Shown here: positions 26,909-42,244 of the stretch, piece by piece
Layout: each line of letters begins with the position of its first letter
Position numbering within the stretch: the first letter of the stretch is position 1
Assembly: GCF_006345805.1 (NCBI RefSeq)
Contig: NC_043003.1
Span: 72,168,001 to 72,232,000, forward strand
Direction: 5' to 3'
From: Octopus sinensis
Taxonomy: Eukaryota
DNA: 64,000 bases
The notes under the pieces: model-generated
The model's database searches: none
What the model was told of the DNA's origin: nothing
What the model saw: the letters and a program-made list of their open reading frames with translations, nothing else
Position numbers and translations under genes: made by a program

Positions 26909-28089
26909 AATTATTGTATACAGTGCTCAGGTGCACCACAACTTGTCAGAAAGTGCATATAAAGTACATGCAGTAATGTAAAAATGTCTGGAAAGCGAAC
27001 AATATAATTTGCAAATATAATTAGCGCCTGTCTTTAGATAGTTATTGTTGTTGTTATTGTTATTTTTTTATATAAAATGTTTTATTTAATTTTTCATTGT
27101 TTGCCTTTTCTTAAATTTTACTATTTTACTATTTTACTATTTTCAATATTTTTCGTTGTACTGTTTTTATTATCACCAAAGATTATTTGTTAATACCATA
27201 ATATTCTTGTTGTTGTTCTTCTTATTATGTTGTTTGTTCGCCTATCGACACGTATTGCAGATTGCTTCCGTAAGTTTGTTATCATTTCTATTATTACACA
27301 AAGTAATATTTTGAACATTTGTTATCGTTTTGTAGATAAACTAAGACCTTTCAGGTGGTTAGTGTTCTTTCACTGAAGCCCTTAGGGGCTAAATTGGAGT
27401 TTGTTTAGCAAACACGCCTCTTCATTTTTGTTTTAAAAACGTAAGATAGCGGAGGGAAAATATGAAGCTAATTTTCCACTGTTAAAAATTTCAGCACCGC
27501 TATCAAAATCACAGGAACAGCAAAAGAGAAACATGTCAATACAATGCAACAAAACTCTTGCAAGAACATTGCCAGCGCCACGTCAAAAAGAAAAAAAATT
27601 ACAATATTAAAAGCGCGATACAAGACTAAAAACAAATAAATTAGAAAAGGTGACACAGAAACAAACAAATCATCACATGCCGACAAACTCTGCACCAATA
27701 CAACAACAAACATCTCCAACAATACAAACACCTCAACAAATGAAAACACATAGCAATCGATACCAATAACATGAACAGCACTCCCAAGGCATCATCAATT
27801 ACACGGTCATAGACACATACAGGAAGAACTTAATAAAAGATGTTAAAAATACACAGCTATGACATTAAATGAATATATTGTAATCCCTTATTCGCATAAA
27901 AAATATAAAAGCAACTCATGAAACTTACAACTGAAAGTAAAATATCCTAAGGGGATGGGAGTTTTTCCGTTGGGGCCATAAACAAAAGACCCTACAAAGA
28001 AATGCTTTTGGAGATATTCACAATAACCAGAAGGACTGAATACCTGTTCCTCCACAGAAATACAGTGAGTCACTTCACTCTCCTCTTTC

Positions 28090-30470
28090 TCAAATATGGT
28101 CTTGTTCAGAATAGAAAGTACAAATGCCCGCGACCCGGGATCACTTTGTAAACAAGCCCACCTATTCAATGACCTTCGATCACTAAGTATAGATGTGATG
28201 GCTATCAGTGAGACCAAACATTCTATTTGACAAGATTTCATGCCTGCTTTCGGTGAGACGAGATTTACTTCTCTCCAGGAATGGGGAATAGAACTAGGGT
28301 GTTGTTCCGGAAGGATCTGGATTTCAAGTTAAGGGTTACCTTCCTGGATTGAAAAGGTAAGTTGGTAGTCCTGGATGTGAACAGTAGCGATGGGGTGCTT
28401 TCAGACTGGTGGCTTTTTATGCTCCGACAGGGGCAAAACAGCCAGTCGTCTGGAGGTTTTCCTGGAGACGTCTCGACTTTTAGTGCTAAGTGGTGACATG
28501 AACACCGTCTTGAACGCAAGTTGAGATTGTGTGGGGTTAGCTATTAGAAGAGGACGTGCAATATGCTCGCAAATCTCCTCAGACGTTTTCACCTGTTTGA
28601 CTAGTGTGCTCATGGACGAACCGCATCGGACATATAAAAACAGTAGTCTGTAGGCCAGTAGATAAGGAGAGCTTAAGTTGTCTACTTTTTAAAATCGTTA
28701 GCTATGCAGACCACAGACTTGTAATCTGCACGGTCGACTCACATAGACTTCGTAGGCAGCGACTCGGTTGCTAGAAGCTGAACGCATGCTAAGCTTATAG
28801 AGAACGGATTAGAAAAGTAGTCAAGCGTGCGTTGATGGGATCAGTCGTGCTAAGCTTATAGAGAACGGATTAGAAAAGTAGTCAAGCGTGCGTTGATGGG
28901 ATCAGTCGTCAACAACAAGTAATGGTTTGCCCTAAAAAGGTCAATTGGAGTAAAATATATAAGGTTTTGTAAGGCATTAGCAATAGAAGAAAGGGTAACT
29001 TAGAAATTTAGGAAAGGCATCCCAACCGACATGCACCAGCAAGATTGGCCGGGGACCAATTTGTCAGAGCTAAACACGAAGGATACATTATCAGAGCTAC
29101 GGCTCGTACTCTAAGAAACGAAGGAACGAAAGCTGCTCCATGGGCCTGAGTGGAAGAGCCACAACGTGGCAACAAAGTCATAATTCAGTCTTTAGTGGAG
29201 AAAAATTGGGGGCATGTTACTCGATCACAAACAGATGTGTGCAGCATTTCAGCAGCACTTCGCTCAACTGTTTGGGACGAATGGTAGTCCGAAACGCAGA
29301 ATGCACTTCAGTGCCAACCTCGACGGCATGCCACAACTCTCGGCAAGGGAGGCGGAGTGTTGCAAAGAAATTGGTAATTGGTAACAGCCGTGGATACAGA
29401 ATGCAAAGAAGGGTTGCGTGGGTGGACAATGTTTTGGTTTGGATAATCTGCCCTACAAGCTTTACTTTTATATGTCACACTTGTTTAGTGGCCTCTTAGA
29501 AAACATCTACTGCAATCGGCTGCAGAACGGGGGAATTCATAGTTCTATGAGTCGAGGAGCAGTGGCACTGCTGTAAAAGGAGACAAATAGAAGAATCAAA
29601 TAGAATTTGTTTACACTCATAGCGTTGCTGGAGAGAAATTTCAAAATTTTGGCCAAGGTGATAGCGAGGAGATTGACGCTTGTCGAGGAACTGATTGGAG
29701 ATGAGCAAACATGCGCCATCGAAAACAGATCTATTCAGGACAACTTCCAACTCTTGCAGTAAAGACGCTGGCATAAATGGGACCCTGATCAATTTGGATC
29801 AATCTAAAGCGTTCAATAGATTTAATCGCCTATACCTGGCGGCTGTTCTCATGGCGGCCCGTTTCGGAACCGTTTTTCCGTTGCTGAATTGCCGCAATGT
29901 ACACCGCCATCTACTCGGTAGTTTTGGTGAATGGTTACTTATCAGAGGGAGCGGTTTAATTACTTGGATCCTGGTTTGGTTTCCAGATCTGGTGGTGAAG
30001 AATTGGTACAAGGTAACAAACAGGGTGGGAGTTAATCTCACCCAGAGATGGGCCGAGAGAATGTTGTCTCTTAAAAGTCAGGCAGAGGTGGCAAATGCCT
30101 ATATTCCGTTATATATCACTGCCTGGCCGTCACGCCTTGCTCCAGTTTATATCTAACCAAACTGGAGCGCATACTCTTCCGATTTCTATGGAAAGGACGC
30201 ATTCCACTAGTCAGGTTCTCCATTTGTTGTCCACACCTGCTGAGGACTAGGCATGCAGTAGCTACTGATGAACAGACATGCACTGAGGCTACGACACCTC
30301 CAGTGCTTCCTTGACGGTAAACAGGTGTAGTCGCTGTTTGTCAGACTCACTCTTCTGCAGCGTGGATCAAGTATAAACCGAAGAAGGGTGCCTGGCACCT
30401 AGATTGTCCTCAAGAGCTCACAGTCCTCTGTCAGTCGGGTACTGTAGTCGGTGAAAGTTCCAACACTGAT
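28090..30470 (+). mobile_element. Degenerate Tx1/L1-clade LINE ORF2 (APE + RT)
   Basis: Remnants VMAISETK, LVVLDV, RLVAFYAP, GDMN (APE) and LINLDQSKAFNR (RT); many stops and deletions. Confidence 0.85.
28787..28908. repeat. Perfect 61-bp tandem duplication
   Basis: 28787-28847 is identical to 28848-28908. Confidence 0.95.
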
Positions 30471-31149
30471 AGTGGAAAGAGGTGCTGTCCTCATGTTATT
30501 TTATTGAAAGGTCCGTAAACGTAAATGTGGCGAAAATGGCAAGAGTGGATGACATCACTCTAAGTATAGACCTGTGAGTCGGAGAAAATTATTGGAGAGG
30601 CATTTTCCATTGGTGTTCCGGGAAATCTTTTACCTCAAATTTGGATGTGTTTTAGCCAAAACAGTTTGTCTGCTGTATAGAGATTGAACCTAATTTCTTT
30701 TGTTTAGTTTTTACAATTAGCTCATTTCCCACCATTCGGTGGTGTTCGTGTGTTTTCGAATTTATAGTTATAAGATTGTCGGCATCTTGAAAAAGAAAAC
30801 ATGGATACTTGTAAATATTTAGTGGGTGAGGAATGTAACACATAAGTGAAAACGAGTTTAATTGAAAGAAAGATTGAGAGAGGTGGAGAGATGAGTTTGT
30901 CAAGCGTTGACTTTTTACAGGCAGCAGTGTTAGTATCAATAGCAACGACAGATTAAGTCAGAACAAGGAAAGATTATTTTTGCCTGCTTCGAATCAACTC
31001 ATTGATATTTAAGGGAAGATCAACAACAGGAATCATAACAATAATACCATCAACAGTAGTGATAAAAGCAACATCAATAATATGAACAATTTAAACTACA
31101 ACATCAACAAAAACAGCAGTAACAGCAGACCCAACAAGAACACATCTAT

Positions 31150-32640
31150 TACTGCCAGACTGGTCAATGTTGTCAGACTAGTCAATGTTATGATGGTGCG
31201 ACGTGCCAACAGAAAGACAATTAGAGCTTTGACGGACCGATATGGGCTCATGCTACTCAGTACCGAGCAGAAGTAAAAGGTTTTCTGACAATACTTTGCT
31301 CATCTTTTCTGAGAAAGCAATAGATCGGAGGTGGTAGTGACTTGCAAAGATTCGGCGGAAGACGCAAGGTGCTGCGAGAAACCGATAACGGCAGTTGAAA
31401 AACGGGAGATGTGAGTAATTGTAAAAGATCCTCTGAGGATTACGAATTCATGTCAGATATAATTTGTGAGTTCTTGGCAATACAGCTACCGCAATTGATA
31501 GCAAAATGAAAAAGTTTCTAATGTTGTGAGCCGTAGAGTGCTAACGCTACTAAGAAAGTTATAAAGTAGGCCAAAAAGCAATTTTTGACTCATAAACACA
31601 GAGTTTAAGATTTTGGCTAGTGTATTTGCGAAAAGTTCGGTAATCGCTCTGAGTGGTCTGGTTAGCGAAGCAGAGATGTGTGTGATACAAGACTCTTCGA
31701 CAGCAACCTAGATCTTGTGCGATACATCATATAGAGGGCTAGAAGTGAGCTGGATCCTGATCAGTTTGGATCAGTCGAAGGATTTCGACAGCGCCCACTA
31801 TTGTTACTTGTAATTTGACTGGAACACTGGAACGACGGACTGGTTAAACTGCTCAGGATCTGATTCCACACTGGTATTCAGATTTAGCGAACTGGGAAAG
31901 AATAACAAGCCAGGCGGCTAGTTTTGCCCAGAAATAACAGGTGGTAATTACCTACATTGTCTCCGTTAGTTTTTACCGCCTGATGATGTTTGGGCGTCTG
32001 TTATTCAACTTCGTGTGGAAGGGACGCATTTCGCTGGTCAAGCGGGTCATTTGTCTTTAGTACCTTCAGTATGGCGAGTGAGGCATGCCTGATGGGCTGT
32101 CGCTCTAAAACTCAAGAGGTTCGAAGAAGGTGAACGGGTATGAGCACTATTAGTGAGGTACATGTTTCTGAGACATGTTTCTTTGACAGAGCTGTAGTCC
32201 TGGTTGAAGCAAAAACCGTGAATGGGCGCTTAACATCTGAAATGTCTTCAGGCAGTCACCGCCCTCTACCAGTCTGGCAATGAAATCAATGGATTTTTTT
32301 AACAGTTTACAGACGGTTAATGCCCGGAAAGAGTGACAGCGTTATCTAATAAAACACAGGGTGTGGACAAAAGAAAACTGACTTGCCTGTTCTGGAGGAC
32401 TTTCGGATCGAAACTCTGTCCGTTTGTGATAAACACAATTGTCATGTGCTGCACACCAGGCACAAAGCCGTTTTCCATGCAGAGTATGGTCATTGCTGAT
32501 TTGTGATGTTTTATCGAACAGCCACTGTCATGTGTGGGGCGGATGTGGTTCATCGTGATGAACTTCAGGCCTTTCACAAGACAGGAAAGTAGGTTCCTTT
32601 GTCTGATGGCTATGGTAAAAGAGGTTGTGTGAGGTTCATT
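31150..32640 (+). mobile_element. Second, more decayed Tx1/L1-like ORF2 fragment
   Basis: tttaagattttggc (FKILA), LISLDQSKDFD and F.WKGRI.LV remnants parallel the 28-30 kb copy. Confidence 0.7.
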
Positions 32641-34116
32641 GTAAACGTAGAAAATTCACAGAAATACTTTTAAATGATTCAATTTCATCGAAAGATTCGA
32701 TATATACAACAGGAAACTAACATAAACACTTCATTACTATTTAAAAAAAATAAATCCGTATAATTTTTGTTAACGTTTGTCGCACAGTATTCTTTTCGCA
32801 TGCACTTATATAATTGTTGTCTTTAGTGATATTGTAAACAGGCTGCTTCAATTTCTTCCTGCCCAAATCCTTTGCTTTCGTCCAGTTCTCGTTAAAGTTT
32901 TAAATAATCTTCTGACACACTGAAGCTATTGATCGGGCTGTTAATGTATTGAAATCACGAATCTTAAGTCAACTTCGTATGCATCCATTCTTTTGAGTAA
33001 TTTCTTGAGTTGAGTTCAATCTGTCTCCTTTTCTTACTCTACCTCTCTCTCCCCCTGTCTCTTTCTTTCTTTACATGTATACATACACATATGATGTAAA
33101 TAGAAATAATAAATATACCACACACACAAACACACATTCATAAATTGTAAGAATACGTAGAGATCGCTTTTTTTGAGGGGATAACTTTTTATTTTAATCT
33201 TAATAATGCTTACAGTGAGTTCCTCTGATATGAATTTCAAGCTTCTCGTAGCGGTTTTCAAACTTAAAAAATGCATGTTTTACTAGTTGCTTAAATAGCA
33301 AAAGATTTTTCTTACAGGTATACATACAAAAAAATATACACAAAAGGGAAAAGAATATAAAAAATACAAAAGTATAAAGAATAACAAAATTAAAATAAAA
33401 TATAAATAGTGATGGTATGTTGTCAACTTAATGTGACAGTCCCATGAAAGGGAAGAATGCTACAGCTATTTAGCCCTAGGAAATACCGCTTCCCGTTGGC
33501 CTTGACACACTTCCTTTATTTTTACTAACTTTTATATGTTGTGATTTATTTTTCCTGTGTTGTAAATAGCCATTTTACAAAGTTATAGTTTATAAAATAA
33601 ATGCTTGCAAAGAAAAATGAGTTGTTCATTTTTTTTTCTGGCGGTTTCTTCATGGTTTTTCAGATAGTCCCATACACATGCCTTAAAGCTGATGTTCATA
33701 CACTTAAATATTCAAAATAAGTTTAATATTGTTTCTGTTTAGCAGTGGGTAGTCCTCATTGGCTGTAAAATTAAAACAATATTACATATTTATTTTCAAT
33801 CGCTGGGTGGGTAAGGCTGGAATCAGAGCAATTCATGCCAGGGATCTGGTAGAATGCTATGGGGAACATAAAGTGTGGCCGATGTCGAACCAGTAAAAAT
33901 GATTAATCATACATTAATTACCCCTTCCTTGAATGTATTTCGGAGCCAGATCAGCTCAGGCCGATATTGGGACTTCTCAAGTTGCACAACCATACATCAG
34001 CCCACCCTCATTTTCATATCGGACCAATGTCACCTTGATGTGAATATGACATTGGGTCGCTGTCAACCCGATGTAAGAAACAAAAATCTCACATCGGTCC
34101 CACCTCAAATTCTTAT

Positions 34117-34280
34117 CGGCAGCGGACTCGCGGTCGTAAGAACGCGGTTTCGATTCCAAGACCGGGCATTGTGAGTGTTTATTGAGCAAAAACACCTAAG
34201 CTCCACGAGGCTCCGGCGGGGAGGGGTGGTGAACACCACTGTACTCTTTCACCACAACTTTCTCTCACTCTTTCTTCCTA
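34117..34280 (+). mobile_element. Partial SINE family B (5' portion)
   Basis: Colinear with about 6716-6878. Confidence 0.9.
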
Positions 34281-34289
34281 CTTCTGCCA

Positions 34290-36060
34290 CAAAGCAGAGG
34301 AACCATGGTGTAACCCACTATGGTGTGGTAAACTTTCATACCCTAGTCTAGATTGCGAATCCTCTGTACCCCAGGATGGTTCAGCTCTCCACTCGTTAAA
34401 AGCCACCGTTTACGGAATGAGGATAACACCGTAGCTTTCGCACCCGTGCAACCGCCAGTCTATCGCGTGTGGTGGGTGGATCTTCAAGTTGCCACACGCG
34501 TTCTTAGTAGCTTAGAGTAGGCTCGAATTAGAGATTGTTCTTTGAAAACGGCTATCAGAGTTCTCTGACGTGTTTTTGCTTCTGCTGTTGAATTCTTTGT
34601 ACCGTTGTTAAATTGTTTTTGTAGAACTCTTCTTTCGTTTTTCGAGAAGGTGTTGTGGATGCGTGTAGCAGTCGTTTGGTGAGTAATGAAAAACTGTGGA
34701 AGTTTAAGCTGATCAGAGTACACTTCTTCGGAAGAGAAACTCGTGAGATCGCTGGATGCTGGGGAAAAGAAGGAGAAGGGAAACACATGGAATTTTGCAG
34801 GAGCGACGAAACCACAAATAGGAGAAATCAACTTAAATGACATTGGTACGTATAAAGAAATTTTAACGAGGGCGGGACAAAATATTAGTTGTCCTCCCCC
34901 ACCAACTCACCCAGGAAAATTGCAGTATGAACGTGAAAAGTCATCTATTATAGACCTTACTCTGTAAAAGAGAGGAAAATCTGTATAATGGAGGTTGTCC
35001 TGATTGAAAAGGCACTGCAACCAATATGGAAGGAGGTGACATACCTCAACAAGGCACGTAAATTTGGAACCATGGAGGTGCACTTCCGAGATGCAGCCAC
35101 CGCCAGACTGCACTCTGCGATACCAATGAAAACGGAAAAGTGGGGGCTTCTACCCGTTTACCTTGGAAAACGTGTTTCTAGGGTAAGGATAGATGATATT
35201 CCCCCGGAAATTGATGTAGCTTGGGTCGTGGACGCAATCCTGCTAGGAGTAGAGAATAAAATCACTGTCCTACAAGCAACGTATACGCCGTGCAAAAATT
35301 GGTAAGGGCCAAGCCTGGAGATATTGATTCAGGCTTTCCAAGAACCCCTAGAATTACTTATTGAAACTGTTTCCATAGATGACTTTATATTAAGGGTGAA
35401 AGTGGAAGGTAGGGTCCCACGTTGCTACAAATGTGTCCAAAAGGGCCACATTAGGTAAAACTGTCCCCCACTACCACCTGCAGAGAATCTCAAAAGCTCG
35501 GAAGCTGCACCTCCGCTGCCAACAGAAGTCAACAAGAAGGTTGAAGTAGGAACAACAAGTGAAGAATGGAAAACGGTAGGAAAAAGGTAAAAGCGTAGAA
35601 GAAACCAAAAAGTAAACGAAGAGACAGGCCCCCACCAAACTCCCACCAAACCCTCTTTGCCCCACCCTCTCCCTGCACTCACCGATCCGCTCCCTTCCCC
35701 ACCTGACGATAAAGAAACTCACACACACATCCACGAACCCCAAACTGCTCCGACCCTGGAAACAAATAATAATACGTTTTATTTTGTTCAATAAGGAAAA
35801 CAAGGAACTGAGAAACGAATTGGATAAGTGGAGTGATGTGAAGTGGGTTAACACTTTTTACTGTGACCTTCTTCCAAGGTCTTGGACATGTATCATACAA
35901 ACCCCACGCATATGGGGCAGCTACAAGATTACACGGATGATATAAGATGGGCCATGTGAAACTGGATGTAACTGAATTTCCGTCATACGTAAGTCATGCC
36001 AAATTGTATCACTACGGAATAGACGTTGAAAATTTGTTTTAGAGAAGAGATATTCTTTAG
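34290..36060 (+). mobile_element. Tx1/L1-like ORF1 (gag-like) remnant without adjacent ORF2
   Basis: ORF 34988-35305 is RRM-like (VRIDDIPPEI); downstream VEGRVPRCYKCVQKGHIR*NCP is a CCHC knuckle at about 35423-35464; in-frame stops. Confidence 0.75.
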
Positions 36061-36225
36061 AAAAGAAAAATTGTAAAATTGAAAAGTTAAACCGAACGTG
36101 GGGTCGATTGGCGACGTTCTACCTTTCATTATTATGACATTTATTCATATTACATTATCTGATTATTTATTGTAAATATTTTTATTATTATTATATGCAT
36201 GACTTTTGCTTTACATTTGTACAAG

Positions 36226-36312
<87 letters not shown>

Positions 36313-36560
36313 TACTCATCGCCATCCGATTATTTCTCCACATTCATTGTGTTGTCCTCTCTATGTTGGCCCCTTATGGGCAATAAAGAAAAGAGTTTGA
36401 AAACTGTTACGAGAAACTTGAAACTCATATCAGAGTAACTCACTGTAAACATTATTATTAAGATTAAAATAAAAATTATCCCCTCGAAAAGCCATCGCTA
36501 CTCATTCTTTCAAAAGTATAATACTGTACCAAGATCTTTCTCTTTATTATTCTACTATAT

Positions 36561-36676
<116 letters not shown>

Positions 36677-37799
36677 GTATGTGTGTGTGTGTACAGGTAT
36701 ATTTTGATTTAAGTACACTAGGAAGAAAAAACGAAACAGGTCAAGAGGGAGAAGAGAAGAAAGATGTACATAAAAGATAGAAAGGAATGAAAGAAAGAGA
36801 GAATGAAGGTAAGAAGGAGCGATAAAATGGTTTTTAATAATGCTGTTTGTGGCTTGGAGAAGAATGCAGGAGGGAAAAGATAGAAGGAAGGATGTAAGTA
36901 GGTGTAGAAATGCGGTAGATGTGGCGACGGCGGCGGCGGTGCTGGTGGTGGTGTTGGTGTTGGTGGTGGTGTTGGTGGTGGTGTTGGTGGTGGTGGTGAT
37001 GGTGGTGGTGGTGGTGGTGGTGGTACGTACGTATGTGAAATGGAGGACGGGGCAGTAGGTGAGATGGAGGAACATAGTTGAGTAGAGAAATAAGATTTAG
37101 TGAGTTGGAAGAGGAATGTGAAGACTGTTTAAGAAGCATAGTACCGTATGTAGTGGAGGGAGAAGGCGGGTTGAAGTTGGAGGAGGAGGAGCAGCAGGAA
37201 AAGAAGAGGAAGAAGAACAATCATAACAACTAAGATGTTGCTCACAGTGCATAACGCACAAAACCCTAAAAGTAATATCGACAGGCTCTACTTACCAAGA
37301 AGGGAAGAAGGCAGAGATTTGTTAAATGCAGAAGACGCTATTATTGCTGCAGTTTTGAGTCTCGGAAAACTATGTTGTCAATAGAGAGGAAAGAATATTA
37401 TCTACGGCTAGAAATATCGAAGAAATTAGCGAAATAGTGAGAAAATTCAAGAACAAAAACTGGAACGGCTGTATAAACAGCTAGAAAGACAAAGGACTCT
37501 GTGGTCAATTCATGAAACAACTATTGATGTTGGAAATGAAGAACACTGCTTGTGGCTGACAGATGAAAACCTGAAACGAGAAAATAAATCATTGAGTATA
37601 GCTGCTCAGGAACAAACCACTCGAACGAGTCAAACAGAGACAAACATTGATAAAACACACACTGACCACTTTTTTGCTTTTCTGTCTTTAAAAAGCATTT
37701 TCTCTATCTGTCTTCATCTCCGGTCACTTCAGTCATGTAACTACACTCGTGCTTTTCTTGGACTTTTTTTCATTCTTTCCGGATTTTTCTTCTCCATTC

Positions 37800-37832
37800 T
37801 TTCTGACGAAGAGCCATGCTCGAAATGTCACA
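37800..37832 (+). ncRNA. Minimal hammerhead-like motif in a PLE-type terminus (decayed)
   Basis: CTGACGA-a-gagc-cat-gctc-GAAA-tgtc; stem I poor. Confidence 0.5.
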
Positions 37833-37925
37833 TCGCCCTTTTTTCCATCTTAAAATGAGCGTCAACCTAATACATTTATTGTGTACGTTCTTTTGACTGT
37901 TGTTTGTTTTTTATTTTCGATTTGC

Positions 37926-37929
<4 letters not shown>

Positions 37930-37974
<45 letters not shown>

Positions 37975-38180
37975 TTTGTATTTGTGTTTGTCCTTCCACC
38001 ACCGGTGTTGGTGTGTTTATATCCTCGTAACGTAGTGTTTCGGTAATAAAGTCCGATAGAATAAGTACCAGACTTAACAAAAAGTAAGTACTGGGAATGA
38101 TTCATTTGAATAAAAATTCTGCATGGTGCTGCCCCAGCATGGCCGCAGACTAACCACTGAAGGAAGTAAAAGGTAAGAGG
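37930..38180 (+). mobile_element. SINE family A 3' half
   Basis: Same as 8111-8385. Confidence 0.8.
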
Positions 38181-39023
38181 TAAAAAAATATAAGCGCCGG
38201 CATTGGGTTGTTAGATAAATATGTGGTTCCGAAATTATGGGAAATCGGTATGAATACGACTAAGAGGATGTGATAGTGAATGATAAATAGCGGATTTTAT
38301 AGGATTTCTCCATAGAGATTACTTATGCTATTGAAACAAGGAAACCAGTTATGATCATGAACAGGCCAAAAAAATCTAAACTAATCTAAAGGTAAAATAT
38401 AAATGAGTAATTCCATTAACACCCTACAAAATCAGCACTCCTGTTTACTGGTTTGAACATCATCCTGAGTTAGTCATTGAAGGTAAAAATGTCGCTATCC
38501 TTTGAGATTTTCCAGTCAACACCGACAGAACGCTTCAGGTTAATCAATCAGACATAAATATTAAAGACAGGGAAGAAAGTACTTGTAGTCTAATAGATGT
38601 AAGTGTTCGCACTGATAAAACTATATCTGTATTGGAATTTGACAAATTAAGTAAATATAAGAGTCTGGAAAATTAAATAAGATGTGGCATCTTAAAGCAA
38701 GAACTGTTACTGTTATTGTAAGTGCGCTGGGTATGTTAAAAAACAGGATGTGAGAAACATTTGGACGACATCCCAGGAGAACCGTGATTCAGAGAAATCC
38801 AAAAGATCGTGTTGACAAGTACTGCCCATATCCTTAGAAAATTTCTATCAGTTTAAATGTATGTGTTGTATTACATGAAGATATTTCACTACTGTCCCTG
38901 TCACATCTGCTCCCCATGTTTTCAGTCATGTTGTAACATCTCCTTTTGACGCTGGGTGTGTCTCGGCAAATGATTGCAACAAACATGCAGATTAAAAGTA
39001 AATAACAAAAACAGCAACGACAC

Positions 39024-39115
<92 letters not shown>

Positions 39116-39428
39116 TAATAATAATAATAATAAGACATGGAAATAGAGGTAACTAGAATGTGGAACCTGAAAACAGAAACAATTCCTATCATAGTAGGTG
39201 CATTAGGCATGATAAAAAAATATTCAGACAAATACATAACAAAAACACCAGGACTTACAAACAAATATAACATACAGAAAATTGCACTACTAGGCACTGC
39301 ACACATCCTACGCAGAACACTTTCCATACAATAACCATCAGAGCATCACAACAAATCACAGCACATACCCAAGGCACACAGAGCTGCGCTCGGTAGTGAA
39401 GTGAAAGCACACTATAAAAATAAAACTA

Positions 39429-39499
<71 letters not shown>

Positions 39500-40194
39500 T
39501 AATAAAGTGATAAGTACAGAATCTGTGGACAAAAAGTGACAAGTGCAGAATATGTGGACAAAACGGTGAAACCGTATGGCATATTACCAGCTAATGTACG
39601 TCAATAGCACAGAAGGAATATAAGAGACGCCACGATAATATAGCCAGGCTTGTCCATTGGACACTCTGCAGCAAGTATGGACTTGACAGAGCAAAAAATT
39701 AGTACGACCACAAACCTGAAGGCATCGTCAAAAATAGAAATGTAGAGATCCTATGGTATTTTATGATTCAGTGCGACCATGAGATAGAGAATAGGAAGCC
39801 GGACATAGTCTTAATTGAGAAAGAAAACAAACTATGCTGGATCATAGATATAGCATGCCTAGCTGACAAGATATGCGATAAGGAAGATAAAAAATTTGAG
39901 AGATATAACAGGTTAGCTTGGGAAGTTAAGGAATTGTGGTCGATGAAAAAGGTAGCAGTAGTACTAATAGTTGTCGGAGCCATGGGTACAGTGAGAAAAA
40001 ATCTTGAGAAGTACGTGGAAGAAATAGGGGCTGCAATAAGGGTAGAGCACTTGCAAAAAACTGCACTGCTTGAAACCGCTCGAATACTCCGTAATGTGCT
40101 CGAAAAGTAAGAGGGGTTACCTTATTTCACTGGTAGTGAACAGCTGACATTGTAGTACATCTCCATCGTTAGAAACTGTGCAATAATAATAATA

Positions 40195-40318
<124 letters not shown>

Positions 40319-41964
40319 CTTAAAAGACCAGGAAGCATCATGGAGATGGCGCAGCAAGGATGACCTGACAAGGAAGACAGAATGCCTAATCATCGCTGCC
40401 AAGGATCAGGCATTGAATACTAACTCAGTGAAAAGGGATACATCACACAAGTGAAGCGAACCTCTGCAGAATGTGTGGGAAGAGGGTCGAAAGCGTGACT
40501 CACATTGTTAGTGCTTTTGAAAGTTTCGCGCAGAAAGAGTACAAGCGCAGACACGACAAGTTAAACCAAAACTTTCACTGGCTATTATGCAGGAAGTATG
40601 GATACGAGGTAATAGGTACTTGGTACCAACATACACCGGAAAAGATAATGAACGAGAAGGGGAAGACAAAAATCCTCTGGGACTTTGATTTCTAGACAGA
40701 CAAGGTGTTAGAGCACCGAAGGCCTGATATAGTAATCTTTAGGAGGGACAAACAAGAATGCTTAATAATCGACGTAGCACGGCTAGGAGATCAGCATATT
40801 ATCATGAAAGGACAAAGTTTGGTAATTATGGAGATCTGAGAATTGAGATCGCTAAGATGTGGGAGGTGCAAGAATCAAACATAAAGTTTGTCCCTGTAGT
40901 CATCGGAGCCTTGGGTTCCATACGACCCAACATGAAAAAAACATCAGGAAACTACAATCTAGGTGTTTTGCAAAAATCGGCATTGCTTGGAAATGCACGC
41001 ATATTGCGTGTCTAAGTTCCTTCTTGTAATTTGATAGACTGTACAAATCACAATATATTCAACCAACAATATCATGATATTGGATACAGTGCGACGTCGT
41101 AAATAATAATAGTAGTAAGGAAACTTTATTAAGAATTTTATTGGAGATAGGGAAATAAAAAAAGCAAAGATAGTTAAAAACCAGAAAAAAGAAGCAACAT
41201 TACCTTATTGGCAAGAGAAGGCTTTGCATGGTAGATTTCCAAAAAGTAAAAATAAGGCATGTTTTAGCTGCAGAAAGGAAGGCTGAAAAGGGAGACAGAA
41301 AGTTTGTTAGCAGCAGCACAAGATCAGGCATTGAGGATTAAGTGTATAAAAGCCAAGATACACAAAAATCGGGTGGATTCCCAATGAAGGTTATATAAAT
41401 CAAAGGAAGAAAGTGTAACTCATATAGTTGGTGAATGTAGTGTGCTGCCTCAGAAAGATTACAAATTAAAATTTAACTATACTGATAAGTGGTATGAGCA
41501 TGAAGCTAGTAAAGTGCTCTAAAGTAAGAAATATGAGATATTGTGGAATTTTAACATTCAGACTGACAAATAGAAGTTATAAGGCCTTGTAGTAGTAGAG
41601 AAAAAGAATAGAATGTGCCAGGAAATTGACTTTGCAGTCCCAAATGATGAGAAAGTCAATATGAGAGGTATAGAGAAAATAGCAAAATACTAGGAATAGC
41701 TATTGAGCTAAAAAGGCTATGAAGTGTGGATAAAATATATTCCTCTAGTTAAAGTGTATTAAGAAGTATGCCTAAAGATCTGAAGAGATGGATAGAGGAA
41801 ATAGGCATTAAACCTACTTTGGGCCGCTCCAGAAAACAGTATTATTAGGAGCAGCTAGGATATTTAGGGAGGTTCTTGGCATCTAAGGTTACTTCTTGTA
41901 GCTTGATGTTAGGGACTTTTTCCAACATTGTAATATGTTGTGTGAAAATGAAATAATAGTAATA

Positions 41965-42135
41965 ATCCTTTCTACTATAGGGAGAAAGCCTGAGAATTTC
42001 TGAAAAGGGGGCTCGTCGATTACATCAACCCCATTGTTCAGCTGGTACTTATTTTATCGACCCTTGAAAGGATGAAAAGCAACGTCAACCCCAGCGGCAT
42101 TTGAACTCAGAATGTAAAGACGGACCCGAAAGGAT
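41965..42135 (-). mobile_element. SINE family C
   Basis: gtcgattacatc..ctggtacttattttatcgacc..aaaggatgaaa..atttgaactcagaa. Confidence 0.85.
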
Positions 42136-42165
42136 GAAAACAAATATTCAGGATACCTACGCACG

Positions 42166-42244
<79 letters not shown>

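Noticed and set aside
32760-33030. Possible coding exon in unique-looking sequence
   Set aside because: All frames close quickly; no convincing splice pair or motif
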